Of a stretch of 64,000 bases of DNA, positions 25,150-38,300 are shown piece after piece (position 1 is the first letter of the stretch; the number at the start of each line of letters is the position of its first letter). A program made the translations under genes and the position numbers. Source of the DNA: Anthoceros angustus (Eukaryota > Plantae > Anthocerotophyta); assembly GCA_010909165.1 (NCBI GenBank), contig MU008182.1:62001-126000 (forward strand), written 5' to 3'. The notes beneath the pieces were generated by a model. The model did no database searches and had not been told where the DNA came from. It saw nothing but the letters and a program-made list of their open reading frames with translations.

Positions 25150-26100
25150 GGCGGGCGCGTCATCACCAAAACTGCTAACGGACAACGACAGTGGAAGCGG
25201 CCGAGCATAAGGACCGTTACATCAAATTCGGTAGCACAAAAGAGGTGCATTCCATACGAGATATGGTTGCCATCACCAAGTTGAAGCGCGAGACTACATT
25301 ACTCGTCGGATCAGAAGAGTGGATGAATCGTGGGGAAAACATCTTCTCGAAATTAAAGGGACCTGCAGAGTACTTCCTGCTATGTATGATCGATCCAAGG
25401 GGTAGCGTGGAGGTCTTTGACAAAGACAAGTTGAAAAGGCAGCGGTACACCATGGGAGTATTGGGTGGGAACCACGGCTTATGCGTTCAACGCTGTCTGT
25501 GAAGACCGGAGAACTCACACTTCGATATGGAAGCTCATATATATCTTAACCTTGAGCGGAGATGCGGTGTCGGCCAGATCACAATGTCAAGGCAGATTTC
25601 CGGAAGAAGATGTCTTTCATTGAGCAAGTCCGGTATATTCACGATGAAATGAAAATTGCGGTGAGGAGGGTATTAGCATTACAATGGATTGGAAGTACAA
25701 TCTATATCGGATGCTAGGCGTCATCGGCGCATCGGATCGGGAAGAATCGCGACTTGTCGACGAGCTTCCGTCTATGCATTGCTAGTGTCCGCCTCATGTG
25801 TGGACACGGGTGGGAGTTTTCGATCTTTGGGAGAGGGGTGAGCTTCGAGCAAGGTAGGAAGAAAGGCAGCAAGAGGAAATCAAAGCGTGGGGGCCGGATA
25901 CGAGCGGTGTGGGATCAAATTTGATTATAAAGCCAATGCATGCGACCAATTGGAGAGTTTTCAGGCATGCCTCCGGTGAAGCGGTGAAAGGATTATGTTG
26001 TCTGCTTGGAGAAAGTGATTCAAGGCGAGTTGGTGGCGGCATGAAAGCGTGGATATGAAGGCCAAAGTTGAATGTCATCAGACGACATTTCTTTGGGGCG
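25150..26100 (+). pseudogene. ParB/Sulfiredoxin-like domain protein remnant
   Basis: YTMGVLGGNHG (25461-25475), AHIYLNL, HNVKADFRKKMSFIEQVRYIH; preceded by acidic low-complexity sequence. Confidence 0.5.
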
Positions 26101-26119
26101 AGGTGCAATTCATTATAGT

Positions 26120-27581
26120 TTCGATGATGATACATGAAACACATTGTGTGCAAAAAATCCATTCAGCATTTGTAACTTGTAAGCCACTTCTCCAATGCGC
26201 TTCAAGACTACAAATGGACCACCATATCTTGGCCTTAACTTAGAGTTAATCCTTGAGGTAATGGGAAATGCTTCAATTTCACCCATACTTTATCCCCAAT
26301 GTTGAAGACGGTTTCTCTCCTGCTATCGGCATATTTCTTGGCGTGCTTGAGCCTTGGCTAAAATTCCTTTGGCAATCTCATGCCTAGCCTTCAAGCTGCT
26401 CAATGAATCGGCGTGGATCTCTAGTGGTAGTATCGAAAACTTCAGCATTTAGCATGGATACCACGTCCGGTCTTGAATTTCCTCCCATCTCAAAGGACTA
26501 CATCAGAGGCGTATGCGGTGTTGTTATAACAAAATTACGCATCGTCTAGATGATCATCAATCCTCGATCAATACGCACATAATGCCTTAAGTATTCTTCT
26601 TGGATTCGGTTGACTCGCTCGGTTGAGCCATCGATGTGGATGGAAAAGGCGTGCTCATACATAATTCCACATTCAAGCATTTCATCAAATCTTGAAAATT
26701 CTCTGTGAACCTTGGATCCTGTCACTCACAATAGCATAGCCATGGTACTTGTATATATACTTCTTAAACAAGTGGCTACCTCGGAAGGCACTCGCTTCTT
26801 TGTAGGGATGAAATGTGCTTGTTTGGTGAATCTATCCACCACTTGTCATGATAGCACAACCATTCTTTGGGTGGCAAAGGCATGATAAAATCCATAGAGA
26901 TACTCTTCCAAGGTCCACTTGGAATAGGTAGTATGTAAACCTCTTGGTTTAGCTTGCTCCACCTTATCTTCTTGACAAGCACATGCCTTGACATAATCCA
27001 CTTTGTATCTGATACATTTCCGGCCGATAAAAGCGACTTCCTTAGCTTCTCATAAGTGGGGTCAATTCCACGGTGACACACGGCACATCATGACATTCAA
27101 CAAGCAATTTGCTCTTCAACAAAATTTGGGATCACAATCCCTCGGTTTGAACTTGCTTCCTTTACGCTCTATTCCATTAATCCGATCCAAACATCGGATC
27201 CTATATGCTTCCTTGATACATTTGTGAGTGTCCATAGGTTCAACCAGCCATTGCCTTTACTTCGACTCTTTTGCGACTCGGTATCCGCAACCTTATTCTC
27301 TTTTCGGGTTATACTTGAGAGTCACATCATACATAGCTAGGAAATCTTGCCATCTAGCTTGTCTTGCATTCAACTTCAACTCAACTGGTTAGAAGTATGT
27401 TGTCTTGATATTATCGATAAAAGCACAAAAGATCTGAAGATAGTGTCTCCATACCTTCAGACAATGAATGACAGCAGTCATTTCCTTCTCATTGGTGGGA
27501 TACTTCAACTTATAAGGATGCAATTTTCTTGACTCAAAAGCTATTGGCTTATGGTCTTGCATCAACACTCCGCCTATGGCC
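26120..27581 (-). pseudogene. Ty3/Gypsy (chromovirus-like) RNase H-integrase fragment
   Basis: AIGGVLMQDHKPIAFESRK, HCLKVWRHYL, PWKSISMDFI, KLRPRYGGPFVVLKRIGEVAYKL, HNVFHVS. Confidence 0.88.
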
Positions 27582-28400
27582 TGTTACCATAGTTTAGTAT
27601 CGTCTAGTTAAACCTAAACACATGGTTACATATATAGTGGTCATGTAAATTAGGGTTATACACGAAGGGTCGTGTAGATAGTATTTGAAACATTTTTGTG
27701 TATGCATTTTTATATTATTCAATCTAGCTATCAAGAGTTTATGCAAGCTTTCTCGTACCTGCTCGATAATTCACATGGTATCAGAGCATGGTGCTTTGCT
27801 TCCTACTAACAGATCCTAAGAATGCCGAGGCAGGGCGGCTGTAGGGGAAGTTGGCGAGTGCACTTCCAAGGAATCAAAATCAGGAAGTCCATTCACGAAG
27901 ACAAACATCAACTGTCCCTATCAACACATTGCTGGACCTCTACGAGCATGAATACCCTGCACTTTGGCTTAGGCGTTTTGTAGCCCAGCGCAGCACTCCT
28001 CCTAGACCGGCTTACATTCTCAATAGAAATCAGGAGATTGATCGCCTGTATGAGGGGCGCGCCCAAGAGAGAGACAGAACCGGTGTTCTCGACCTAGGCT
28101 GAGCATCCTCTTCCTGCATAAGTCCTCCTGTGCTACAACATCAAAGAAACAGCACCATCAGTGACTCCACACAACTCAGGAACGACACCAATGGAAGGAC
28201 TACATTGGCTACCTTAGCTCGTGCGGAGAAGGTGTTGACTTTATCGCTAGCCAACCAGGAATCTAACAGGAGCAGAGTTGAGAGCCTTAATCGCAACACA
28301 AAACGAGCCATCTCAAATTGCAAGCAGGAAATCAAGCAGGATCTCAATTACATTACTATTCCACCTTGTAGTGAATTTGCAGATCCCGGAGACTAGCTGC
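27582..28400 (+). mobile_element. 5' LTR (27582-27775), iMet PBS (27776-27788) and truncated gag region of an LTR element inserted into the Gypsy RNase H
   Basis: TGTT...TCACA followed by TGGTATCAGAGCA; abrupt junction in the RNase H coding sequence. Confidence 0.75.
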
Positions 28401-29099
28401 AATCATTCTGTTGTTGGACAGAAGGCCCAACAACGTCTGTTGTGAGGGTTTCTCCACAAACCCCTTTTTGCTTCAGACGTTTAGGACCCTTCACCGTGAA
28501 ATCCATGCTTGGAATCGTACTTTTTGGTATTTCTCCCGACATATCACCGCAAACATTTCAATTATTGTTGCGATACATGATGTTACATTGTGCATCGAAT
28601 TACGAGGAAAACCATCGAGACATTCACGATCGCTTTTTCCTTGGGCCATGCTATTTGTGCACAAACTTGTGCGCACTCACATTAAGCGATCTCAACGTTG
28701 ACAACGGTCTATGTTTCTAGCTAGTTTGGCGAATGTTGTCTTTTCCTCGGGACGACGATGTCATCGTTCTCTTGCGGTAGTTGCGGATCGTAAATAGCAA
28801 GAGGAAGATATGGCGTTTCTCCACCTTGGGATTGCCAAACCCAAAGCGTCTCCGGATGTTGGTTGTCCCAAGTAGTCGCTTTCTTACGGTCTTCGCACTT
28901 CTTTCCGTCACGGGTTCTTAGGGTTTCGGACCTTTTTGCCATCTTTCTCTTCTTCTTGGCCCTGTGATTGACTCAAGTCTTGAAGGTCGATGGGTGCGCA
29001 TGTTCCTTGAACCAAGTGTGGCGTTTGCCACAGGCTTAAGCGATCTCTCCTGCGCCATCTCTTTGGCAAAAACCGGATGTCCACGTTTGTGTGGTTTGG

Positions 29100-29950
29100 T
29101 GGTCAACTCTTCCTCAAATGCATGGAAACACTTCATGGCACATGTCTTATTCGATGAATATTGTGCTCCTCTGTTCTTGGTCAACACAATACAGTTCCTC
29201 CCTTCGATAATGCAAGTATTCCACTTCCGAGCATCCATCTATAACCCATTCCCTCTTTACGTGAATAGGTCGTATAGCGGGACCATCAACCCTATTGGCT
29301 TTTGGTAAGGAGAAACAACATGGCCATCGTTGGACACATTCAAAAGTTTCTTCACATTGCGCTATGTCGAATAAGCAGCATTGCTCCAATCTCGGTGCGC
29401 ACTATTGGACAATGCCGCGCACTTCCTCATATCTTCAGCAGTTGGGTGAACACCATACCCCACATCATGTACTCATGATTCTCGTAAAGTCCCTCGTCCA
29501 AAACCAAGTTGTCTTTCTCCCGGACCATTGTATAAACCCCTTTTCACACCATTTTAGCGGTGCATTTGGACATCCATCTGGTCGGTCCATGCATGAATAT
29601 CAGCGGAAAGTCTTGCATTCGGTGATTGTCATGAATCCATCCATTATCTTCTCCAAATCCTCACATGTCATCTCCTTATCCCATGTCTCCGATAAATTGC
29701 CCCTTGGTAAATCGGCGACCAACGACTTGTATTCTCTTTTCCCCAAGTAGGCAGCCATTTCACGAATATCACCGATTATTACAGTAGCGGACCTTTGCTT
29801 GCTTTTGAACATGGAAAATGTCTAGTTTTGCGTCGTTGTCTTCCTCTGACTCTCTCTGCAAATCTTCCACCCTCTTCCAATTTCTTGCCGCATTGATGTG
29901 CTCTTTGAAGCTATCGGGTATCATCTTCTCTTTGTACTCTTACTGATTAT
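29100..29950 (-). pseudogene. Beta-class N4-cytosine/N6-adenine DNA methyltransferase-like domain
   Basis: VIIGDIREM, SLVADLPRG..WD (motif IV-like), SPYQKPIGLM..LYDLFT, EWVIDGCS(G)SG (motif I-like), GRNCIVL, in beta order; read across frameshifts. Confidence 0.65.
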
Positions 29951-31420
29951 GCATGCGGGATGGAGGCGTTCATAGGTGAACACGTGACGAGTCGCAAACT
30001 AGTTTTGCGCTTGCTAACTCGAAGCGGACAATACCGTGTACTTACAATGTGATCAAATGCGGTTGAAATTTCGCTATATCTTACGGTGTCGATTAAGTAT
30101 TCTCGGCTCAATGTGCAGGGATGAAGTTGTCTGACATTATCGGATCTTGGGGAGGAACCGGATGACCCAAACTTCAGTACTGCATTTCTTGCAAGGTGCC
30201 GTCAACCTATTGCAAAGAGTGAGGCATACCTTCTGCAAGTGAGGACTCGAAGTGGATGCTTCTTCACATGCCGGGTATGGGCGACCCCTGATCTGAGGCG
30301 AGTCTGAGGCAGTTCCTCTTCCCTTTGTCGCGTATAGCGATTGTGTAGGTGACTCGGTTGGCCTGGTTCGACCATGGTTTGGGACGTTGACTTTGAAGAT
30401 TTGGCTGAGGCTGATAAACAAGCTGCAACAAATCCAGCTATCCATGCCCTAGATATAGGTGCCCAAAGGTGGTGGCGCTCGGGCGAGAGGAGAGGAGGGG
30501 CCCATCGGCGGCCGTTTGAGACACGATCCAGTGAAAGTCTTGGGCCGGAAAAATGGCCAAAACAACGAAACACAGCGGTGCATGACAAAACGGCACAATG
30601 CTTGGATGGAAACACGGCGAAGGATGGTCCTAGCGCGACAAGTGAGGTGGGCGCGCACATGGAGAATCGGATTAATTTGAAATGGAGGGTGGATGATCAT
30701 CGCGTGGAGCATGAGGCGGCAAGAGAGGTCTTGGTCTTTGGAGGAACAACTTCCTCACAGTGGAGTCTGCCGAAGATGAGGGCGATCTTTGAGAGAAAGC
30801 GGCGCAAGAGTGGATGTCTCTCCAATAGGTGGGGAAGACAGCTGGAGGTTTGCTATAGGAGAATCCAAAACTTTCGGAGGAGGAATGCGGGCGTGACATC
30901 GGAGGAGGAGGAATTTGGCGTGAGTCAGGAGAAAGAGGGCATGGTGATCGGGAGGGCATGGTGGTGTTGCGAAGGGCCGGCCGTGTTGGCGTGAGAGAGG
31001 CCATTGGTTTGTGGACCTTACATTCGGTGGCGATGGACAACCCCAACAAGCGTGGGAGGAGGTGCTGTGGAGAGGAGGCTGCCCTAAGGTGGGCAGTCTG
31101 CTGGAGGAGGCGGTTGCGGAGGGGCCAAGGGCACGCATATGATGGTCGGGAGGACGGTGAGGAGAAGGACACCAATGGCGTGATGATGGGAAAGCGCGGC
31201 GAGGCGAGATGTGGAGATGGCGGATGATGAGGTGGAGGCGGACATGCAAAGTGGATGTCTCCAATAGGTGGGAGCGACCTTTGGGCTGTTTGCTATAGGA
31301 GAATCCAAAACTTTGAGGAGGAGGGTCTGCCGTGACATCCGGAGGAGGAGGTGGCGTGAGTCCGGAGAAGAGGCGTGGTGATCGGGAGGAGCATGGAGGT
31401 GTTGCCGAGAGGCCGACCGT

Positions 31421-31700
31421 CCCTACTAGAAAAGGGCACCCTATGTTACACTTTATGTTAAGATTTGGACCCCTGGATGTAACACTCATGTTGCAATTTT
31501 GGGGTCATGTAACACTGTTGGGCCCCTTGTTACACTTTGGCTTGGAAACCATACCACGGCCGTTGTTGCAATCATGTTGCAATGGTGTTGCAATTATGTT
31601 AAGATGAAGAGAGGTGGTTTTGCCCTCTCTCAAAATTGCAACATGATTGCAACATCTAAAATGTTACAAGAGAGGTCTTGTAACACTTTTGGAGGCTTGA
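31421..31700 (+). repeat. Left TIR plus subterminal TGTTGCAA/TGTTACA repeats
   Basis: Multiple direct and inverted copies. Confidence 0.85.
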
Positions 31701-32499
31701 CGAACCTCCTCCCCATCCACTATTCCTTTTACTTTTGCCCTTGCAATACCACTTTTGGAATTACCTTCTTCAATCGACCATATATAAATACATGCGAATA
31801 CATCCTTATACTATACACATGTAGTCTCTGATAAATGTAATATATTATTCTAAGTGCTATAAGGGCGTATTCAATTTCATATAAAATAAGTTTGTATACT
31901 ATCGTATTCCATACGTACCTTTGCATACATATTCATGATGCGGTACTATGTATTTACTATACGTGTAAATAGCGCGGCTCTTTCTACCCCTACTTTATAG
32001 CATGCGGCGTGCGGTTTGTCCTTCACGTCACCAATAATAGCGGCTTCCATATGGCCCCCCCCACCTATCACCTTATTGTGACGCATCACGTGAGGTTATG
32101 CCCCTACAAGATTGTCTTTGTGCGGAGGAGTTTTGGTATGCTCGCTTATGACGCCTCCATGTAAGGCACTTCCTACTCGTCATCGTATGCACCTGAAACT
32201 TCCGCCCTCCGTTCGATTCCCAATTTTCTTCTTCCCCTCGCTTGCGTTGGCGGAGGCAAGCTTTGCCACTTCTACCGCTTCCCACACGCCTGCACGTTGC
32301 ACATACAAACCAACATGGCCATCATGAGTTACCCGCGTTAATGGGTGTACCAATCACCATAGTGACCATTTGCCTTACCTTAGTCCGGTCCCTCCTCGTA
32401 TCTTACGCCGCTTGGTGGGCTTTCCTCTCCGTCCTTCTTCCGGTACGCCGTGCCCTTGTCACTGCCCACCGCGGCCGCCTCTACTCCTCCTCCTCTTTT

Positions 32500-34960
32500 C
32501 CTCTTCGCCACCCTTTATCGCGGTGGCGTTGCCTCAAGCGGGCTCCACTATGTAGGTCCATGCTCTCGGCCGGAGGCTGCAAGATATGTGTCGGCACGAA
32601 ATTAGGCACATCGTCCTCTTGACTGCCTCTTGGATCGTCACATATCCCGCGTCCCCGTCTGTCCCCTTGCCACGCATGCCGGCCTTTGCCCATATCAAAG
32701 GCGCACGCATGATGCCCTCTTGAACCTCCTTCATTCTCTCTCCCCTGGACATCGCCTCATGCTAGTGCGCCTTTTGGCCCGAGCATGGATCTTTTGGGTG
32801 ATCCACCGTCCGTCCGCCACCCGCTCCTCCTACTCCCCTGCGTTTTTGGCTGTCACCCATGCACACAAGTGTGTTTCCTCACAGTGACGGATCGGTTGCC
32901 CCTCGTGGTCCACCACCCGACTCGCCCTCCACACTCATTGTTCCGCCATTCAGCGTCGTCAATCCATCGATCCCAACGGCCTCCACCCTCCGCAAACATG
33001 GCGTCACCTTCCGGTCTCGGGCACTCCTCCACCTCTTCTCCAGTGTTGCTTGCTGCCACGTGACCCTCGTCGCCTGCCTCCATCACACCATTCCGGGCAT
33101 GCGCTTCCACCAAACACAGGCGATCGTGGTGTCGCGGGCACCAATTTAAATCCTCTTGTCGGTCGTTTCCCCTCTGCTGCCTCCCTCACCTTGCGCCTCG
33201 TGAGCGTGGCCCGTCTCCACTTCACGCTCTTGTTTCATCGTCGCCTTTCCCCCTTCCAATACGTTGTGCCCGCCTCCTCTGTCCTCCTCCCAAGCCCCTT
33301 CCGTGCCATGCATTCCTTCCTAGCCTCTCACGTCCACATCGCCACCACGTGCACCACTGCCTCCCACCCCTTCCTTCCGTCGCCTCGGAAGGCCACCATA
33401 TCGGGATCCATCTCCAATTCAATGTCATTAAGCAAAATGGTCATTTCCTTGTTCTCCTTGCAATGGCATGAATCTACGGTGTCTTGTCACTCACTGCCTT
33501 ACCAGCTGTAGGAACTCGGCACAGAACCCCACTATCGCGGACCGCCCACAGAGGTTGCATGGAAATCGTCCTCTTCAACCTCCCATACTCTGCCTCTTCT
33601 TCCGTTGGAAACCGCCCATGTTGATTCTCAAACCTCACCACCCAGCCAGCACGCCCTCCCTTTCCCCATGGGTTTGGACCCATCCCCCGTTTTTGGCTAG
33701 CCTCTCTTTTGCTGCGATTTCGTACTTCGATGGCTCAAACTTCCCGTTCCTCTTCAGCTCCATCCGAGCCCATGCAAGTGCATCTTCCCACTCTTCGTCA
33801 TCCACCATGCTCGGTTTCTTCCCATGTCCTCCCCTCTACCATTTCCTCTAGCGCGCCTGCCGCAGCTTCCACATCGAGTGCGTGTCGCGTCATGCGAAGT
33901 GTCGGCTCTTGGACTTGACCACCACGGTGCAGGAATGCTTGAACCAGATTTCACTAACCGTGCTTTCTCTTCTTTGAACGTCCGCCATCTTGCAGTACCG
34001 AGTTCATTCACAACCTTCGTCCTCACGGTACATGATTGCTTCTGCCCGCTCGCCGAACAACATCGAGTCCCTCCCCACGCTTCATGTGGTTTTGCATGGC
34101 CTCCTTGACCATTTCACCCCATGCTTGTTTATCAAGGCTTTAACGGCATCGTTGTCCACCGCACTCACGGTATCGGACCTACGGCACATCATCACCATGG
34201 TTAGAACACCACCCCTTGCGAAATTGATTGCGCCATTCGAGATCAAGTGCACATGCGTCGGTCGGCTGTCCGCCTCTGCCCGGCTTGTCTTCCACGATTC
34301 CACTTTCCCTTCTTGCAATCGCCACCGCCCTCGAAGGTTGCCTCCCTTGTCCCCATGCTTAAACACCGCCTTGCTCTGTGTTACCCGTGTCACCATGCCC
34401 ACCATGCCACTGCACCCCTTGCGTGTGCACTTTGCGGCGTCACTTGCGGCAAAGTGTGCACTTGGTGTCACACTTTGCCGGCATCACTTGCCTAAATCGA
34501 CGCGACGACAACCAACCTCATCCAAGCGTAAATAGCTCCTCCTCTATGTCGTTCAATTCTTGCGCAATGCTCCAACTCCATCCGGTGGGAGGTTCCGATC
34601 TCGGCGTCGTCAAAATCAACTCCTCCGGTTGACCATCTCTCGCCTCTTACCTTCTGGCCGTCTTGATGAGGCCGCTTCTTGGTCGCCGATATGCGAATGA
34701 AGACGCGGTGGTGCGGGATGGCACCCGAGGCGGTTGCCCCCATCCTCCCCACCCGGTCGGTCCATCGTCGTCGCGCGTCGCGCGCCGCTTGCCCGTGTGG
34801 TACGCGACTGGCAAGCCTCGGTGCCATACTCTCCACCTTGAACCGGTTGTCCACCGCCTTGTTCCATCTTGAAGGCAATGGCTTCCTCTCTCGGAAGGCG
34901 CGGGCCATGAGTCCTACCGTGCATTCAAGGCACCATTTTGAAAAACTTGTTTGCAAAGGC
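32500..34960 (-). pseudogene. CACTA second gene (TnpA / Transposase_24-like), fragmented
   Basis: Lies downstream of TnpD; WRTFKEEKARL..., NPWGKGGRAGW..RFENQHGRFPT. Confidence 0.45.
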
Positions 34961-35299
34961 CGGCGGTGGTCATTCAGCTATCGGCGGGACCCGCTGCTGC
35001 ACTTGCTACTTGCCCATAATCACAACATTTTCGACCACAACCTCGACTGTGGAGCAATTTTCATGTCCCATTGGTTACGTTGTTACTCGTGATGTATGAT
35101 ATTGCCCAAATGGCGCGGCTCTCAATGCCCCCATTACTCCATTTTAACTAATCATCGACTTCCTCGACCATTCCACACGTCACTTGGGTATTGGCACATT
35201 CCGCCATTGGATCGTGCTTGTTTGTTTGGAAATACTTTAATGCCCACTTGGCATCTTGGTTTTGCCCATCCGTTGCTACTCAAACGACATGCCACAATC

Positions 35300-38200
35300 T
35301 ATGTGCCGGTAGCATGGGTTCCTCCTCTCCATCCCTCGCCGAGTAGGCACGGCCAAGGCCCACCCTGTTTCCATCCACTCTCCGGATGCATCATGCCTTG
35401 AGTTACTGCGATGGCCACACAAATGGACCATCGATGGAGTGCACCACACACGAAACCTTCTCGGTATTCACAAGGTCAAACCCGGTATCGACTTAGCGAT
35501 GGCCTTGTCCCTCTGGCCGACACTCGTACCATCCAACCTTCAGCACGGATTATACTCCTCCGAGCGCATCCGCGATGTTGCTCTATGTGGCCGTGAAGGC
35601 GCTCCTCTTGAGCTCCCGGCAGCCCCTGTCCCACCATGATAAACTTTGCGCTGCTATCTTTTGTGCTCGCCTCCGCTGACGAGGTGGCTGCCTTTGTTCC
35701 ACATGTGACTATGTGCGATGCGCGAGGCCATCCATTATAGCCCTCACTGTGGTCATAGCAGGATGCCCCTCCCATGCGCTCACCCCCCTTCTTGCATGCA
35801 CCCACCTCTTGAAAGTTCGTCGTTCTTCATGGGCACCGTACATCCTCACCTCTTCGTCGTATATGTCCAAAAACGGCTACATCACCTTAGTGTGATACAG
35901 CACATAAGTATGGGCTTGGCGCACCTCAGCGGCATCCATTGTGTCTGGGGCCGACACCCAACTTTTCTCCCACACGGTCCTCGGGACTCCATGATCCACG
36001 TGACCATAATGCGGAGGAATGACATGCCATGCATACTCTCTCTCTCATATACCCCACGGCTATCTTGGACTCTGGTTTGTGTGGCTATGCTTCTGGATCC
36101 TAAGTATCTCTCCACCGGGTACATCCACAGTGTGTGCCCAGCAATCGACCTCGTCCACTAAATGTATTATGAGGTGGGTTGATATATCAAAGACCTTTGG
36201 AGGAATTGCTTTTCCGAGCACATCACCCATGACCTCTTCTCGTTGTGCTTGAATTTCATGGCCCGGTATTGTCCGTGGCAAATCCATCCATGATCGACCC
36301 AATTTCACAACCGCCTTGTACACCTCTGGTCTATGCACCCCGAAGGACGATGGGAAGATGATTTCCAGCATGATGTGCCGATCATGGCACTTCTGCCACT
36401 TTGCCCCCTCTAATTTCGCTCCTATGTTAGACCCATAGCACTGGCGCTTTATGCGTTTAATTCTCTCTATGACTTGGAGGTCGTCTTTCGCCAAAGCGTA
36501 AGGCGCCTCGGGCAATGGATCCTCTCCTACCGCCACAACCACCTTTTCCCTCCATTGGCTTCCATGTCCATCCTTGATGCTAGGTCGTCGCTCTCCCGTC
36601 AAAGTGTGCCATATGGCCTCTGCATTGTTCTTTTCCACGTGCATGACATCCTTTGGCGCCATCACAAGAAGGTGGCGCCAATATGGGAGCACCCTAAGCA
36701 GAAGACATCCGCGTTCCAAAATTTCCTCTGCGGATCTCGGCGTGGCACCTTCTCTGCGTACCATATCATCACCACATCATCAAGCGTTGGTGGCACGGGT
36801 GGGGGGAGTTCCCCGTCCATCGTCATCACATCCTTCTCCCTTGAACCACCTCTGCCCAACATAAACCTTTTTAATTGATGAGAATAGCGGGAATCCAGTC
36901 CACCAGAATCCACACGCCGGGTCCCTTTCACTTGCAATCCGGTGGTGCCCAACCACAGGTAGTCGGCAATGACGTTGACACGCCGCACCTAAAATGCCTC
37001 CTAGGATCGTTCACGGTATTGAAAAGTCTTCCATGTCCACCCCTCTCCACAACTCTTCCGGTTCTTCTACCGGGCGCCATATAAACATCAAAATTTTTAC
37101 CATGCCCGGTCACAGGTACAATGAGAGGCATGATGACATGGCGTCCTTTGCAAGCCGAGGAGGCATGTTGTTGAGCGAATAGCATAACTGGCCATATGGA
37201 CGTGTTGACACTGTGACCAAAGGGGTTGAAGCCGTCGTGCATAATGCCAACCTCAAGTTGCGAGGTTCATCCCGAACCCTTCAAGCGCATCAAATACTCT
37301 CCATGTTGGGGTGTCTCGCCATCATGGACATGTCCCCATTCTCGCTTTGCCTCCCGACGTACCAAGTCATCATCATGCTATTTCATTGAACATGCGTTTC
37401 AATCGTCTTGAAATGAGGACCTTGAAACGACATCTCGCTCATCAAACCCTTCCTTGTACGCGTGCCACTGCGAGGGCAATGGGCTGCCAGCGTACTCACC
37501 CCGAATAGAATACAATCTTTTTCACAAGCATGGATTTTCACGTATCTTGGCCCAAACATGTACAACACGACTTTGCCTCGCACATGTCCTTCGGCTTGTT
37601 TGGGCGCAAAATATCCACACTTAAGAGCTTTAAAAGTGCGTCACGGCGGCGTCGCGATGTCATACATCGTTTGCCAAGCAATAACAACGATTATTTAGCC
37701 TTTCTTTCGATTGGACTTCCTCTTCAATGTGGTATACGTTTTGGCTCAAGCATCTGGACTCCATCCTGCCCCTTGCAACATCCGTGGCTTCCGAACTCGT
37801 CCACTGCGCCGGGCATATCATCACCTCCGAACCCTCATCCATACTTTCGTCGTCGGAACTACTAGTGTGGTCGGTAGGATGGCCACGCTTTCGTTCCGAG
37901 ACCATCGAGCCGTATCCAATCCTGCGTGGAGGCGCCGTCAAAACGCTCTTCTATGCCACCGTGTCTCGCCGACCGCAAAAGCCACCTTAAAGCTAGAATT
38001 GGAGTGCATTTGCTGGCCATTGATGCGAGAGAACTCACCACCGCGGTGTACACAGGCGGTGGCGGTGAATTCTTGAAATGTGTGCGAATACGAGCTGCGA
38101 GCTCGCGAGCTCATGGTGGCGGGGACAATACATGTACACCACATGCATTTCGTGGCATCCTCCCGGTCGTGATCTGGTAGGCACGGCAACCACAGACAAA

Positions 38201-38300
38201 GGTGGTACATCCGTTATCCGAACGCCCGTCCCCACGTGTGCAATCATGACTTCATGACCCATAAAACAGACGACACGTAGGACTGGAGCGTGCTTGCGAA
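35300..38300 (-). pseudogene. CACTA TnpD-like DDE transposase (frameshifted)
   Basis: YVKIHACEKDCILF, DGFNPFG..SIWPV, DVMHVEKN, KCHDRHIML, HLIIHL, MYPVERYL, GFDLVN..PFV..SQ. Confidence 0.9.

Noticed and set aside
28400-28950. SWIM zinc finger / MULE fragment
   Set aside because: Cys spacing is incomplete and no CxH ending is visible
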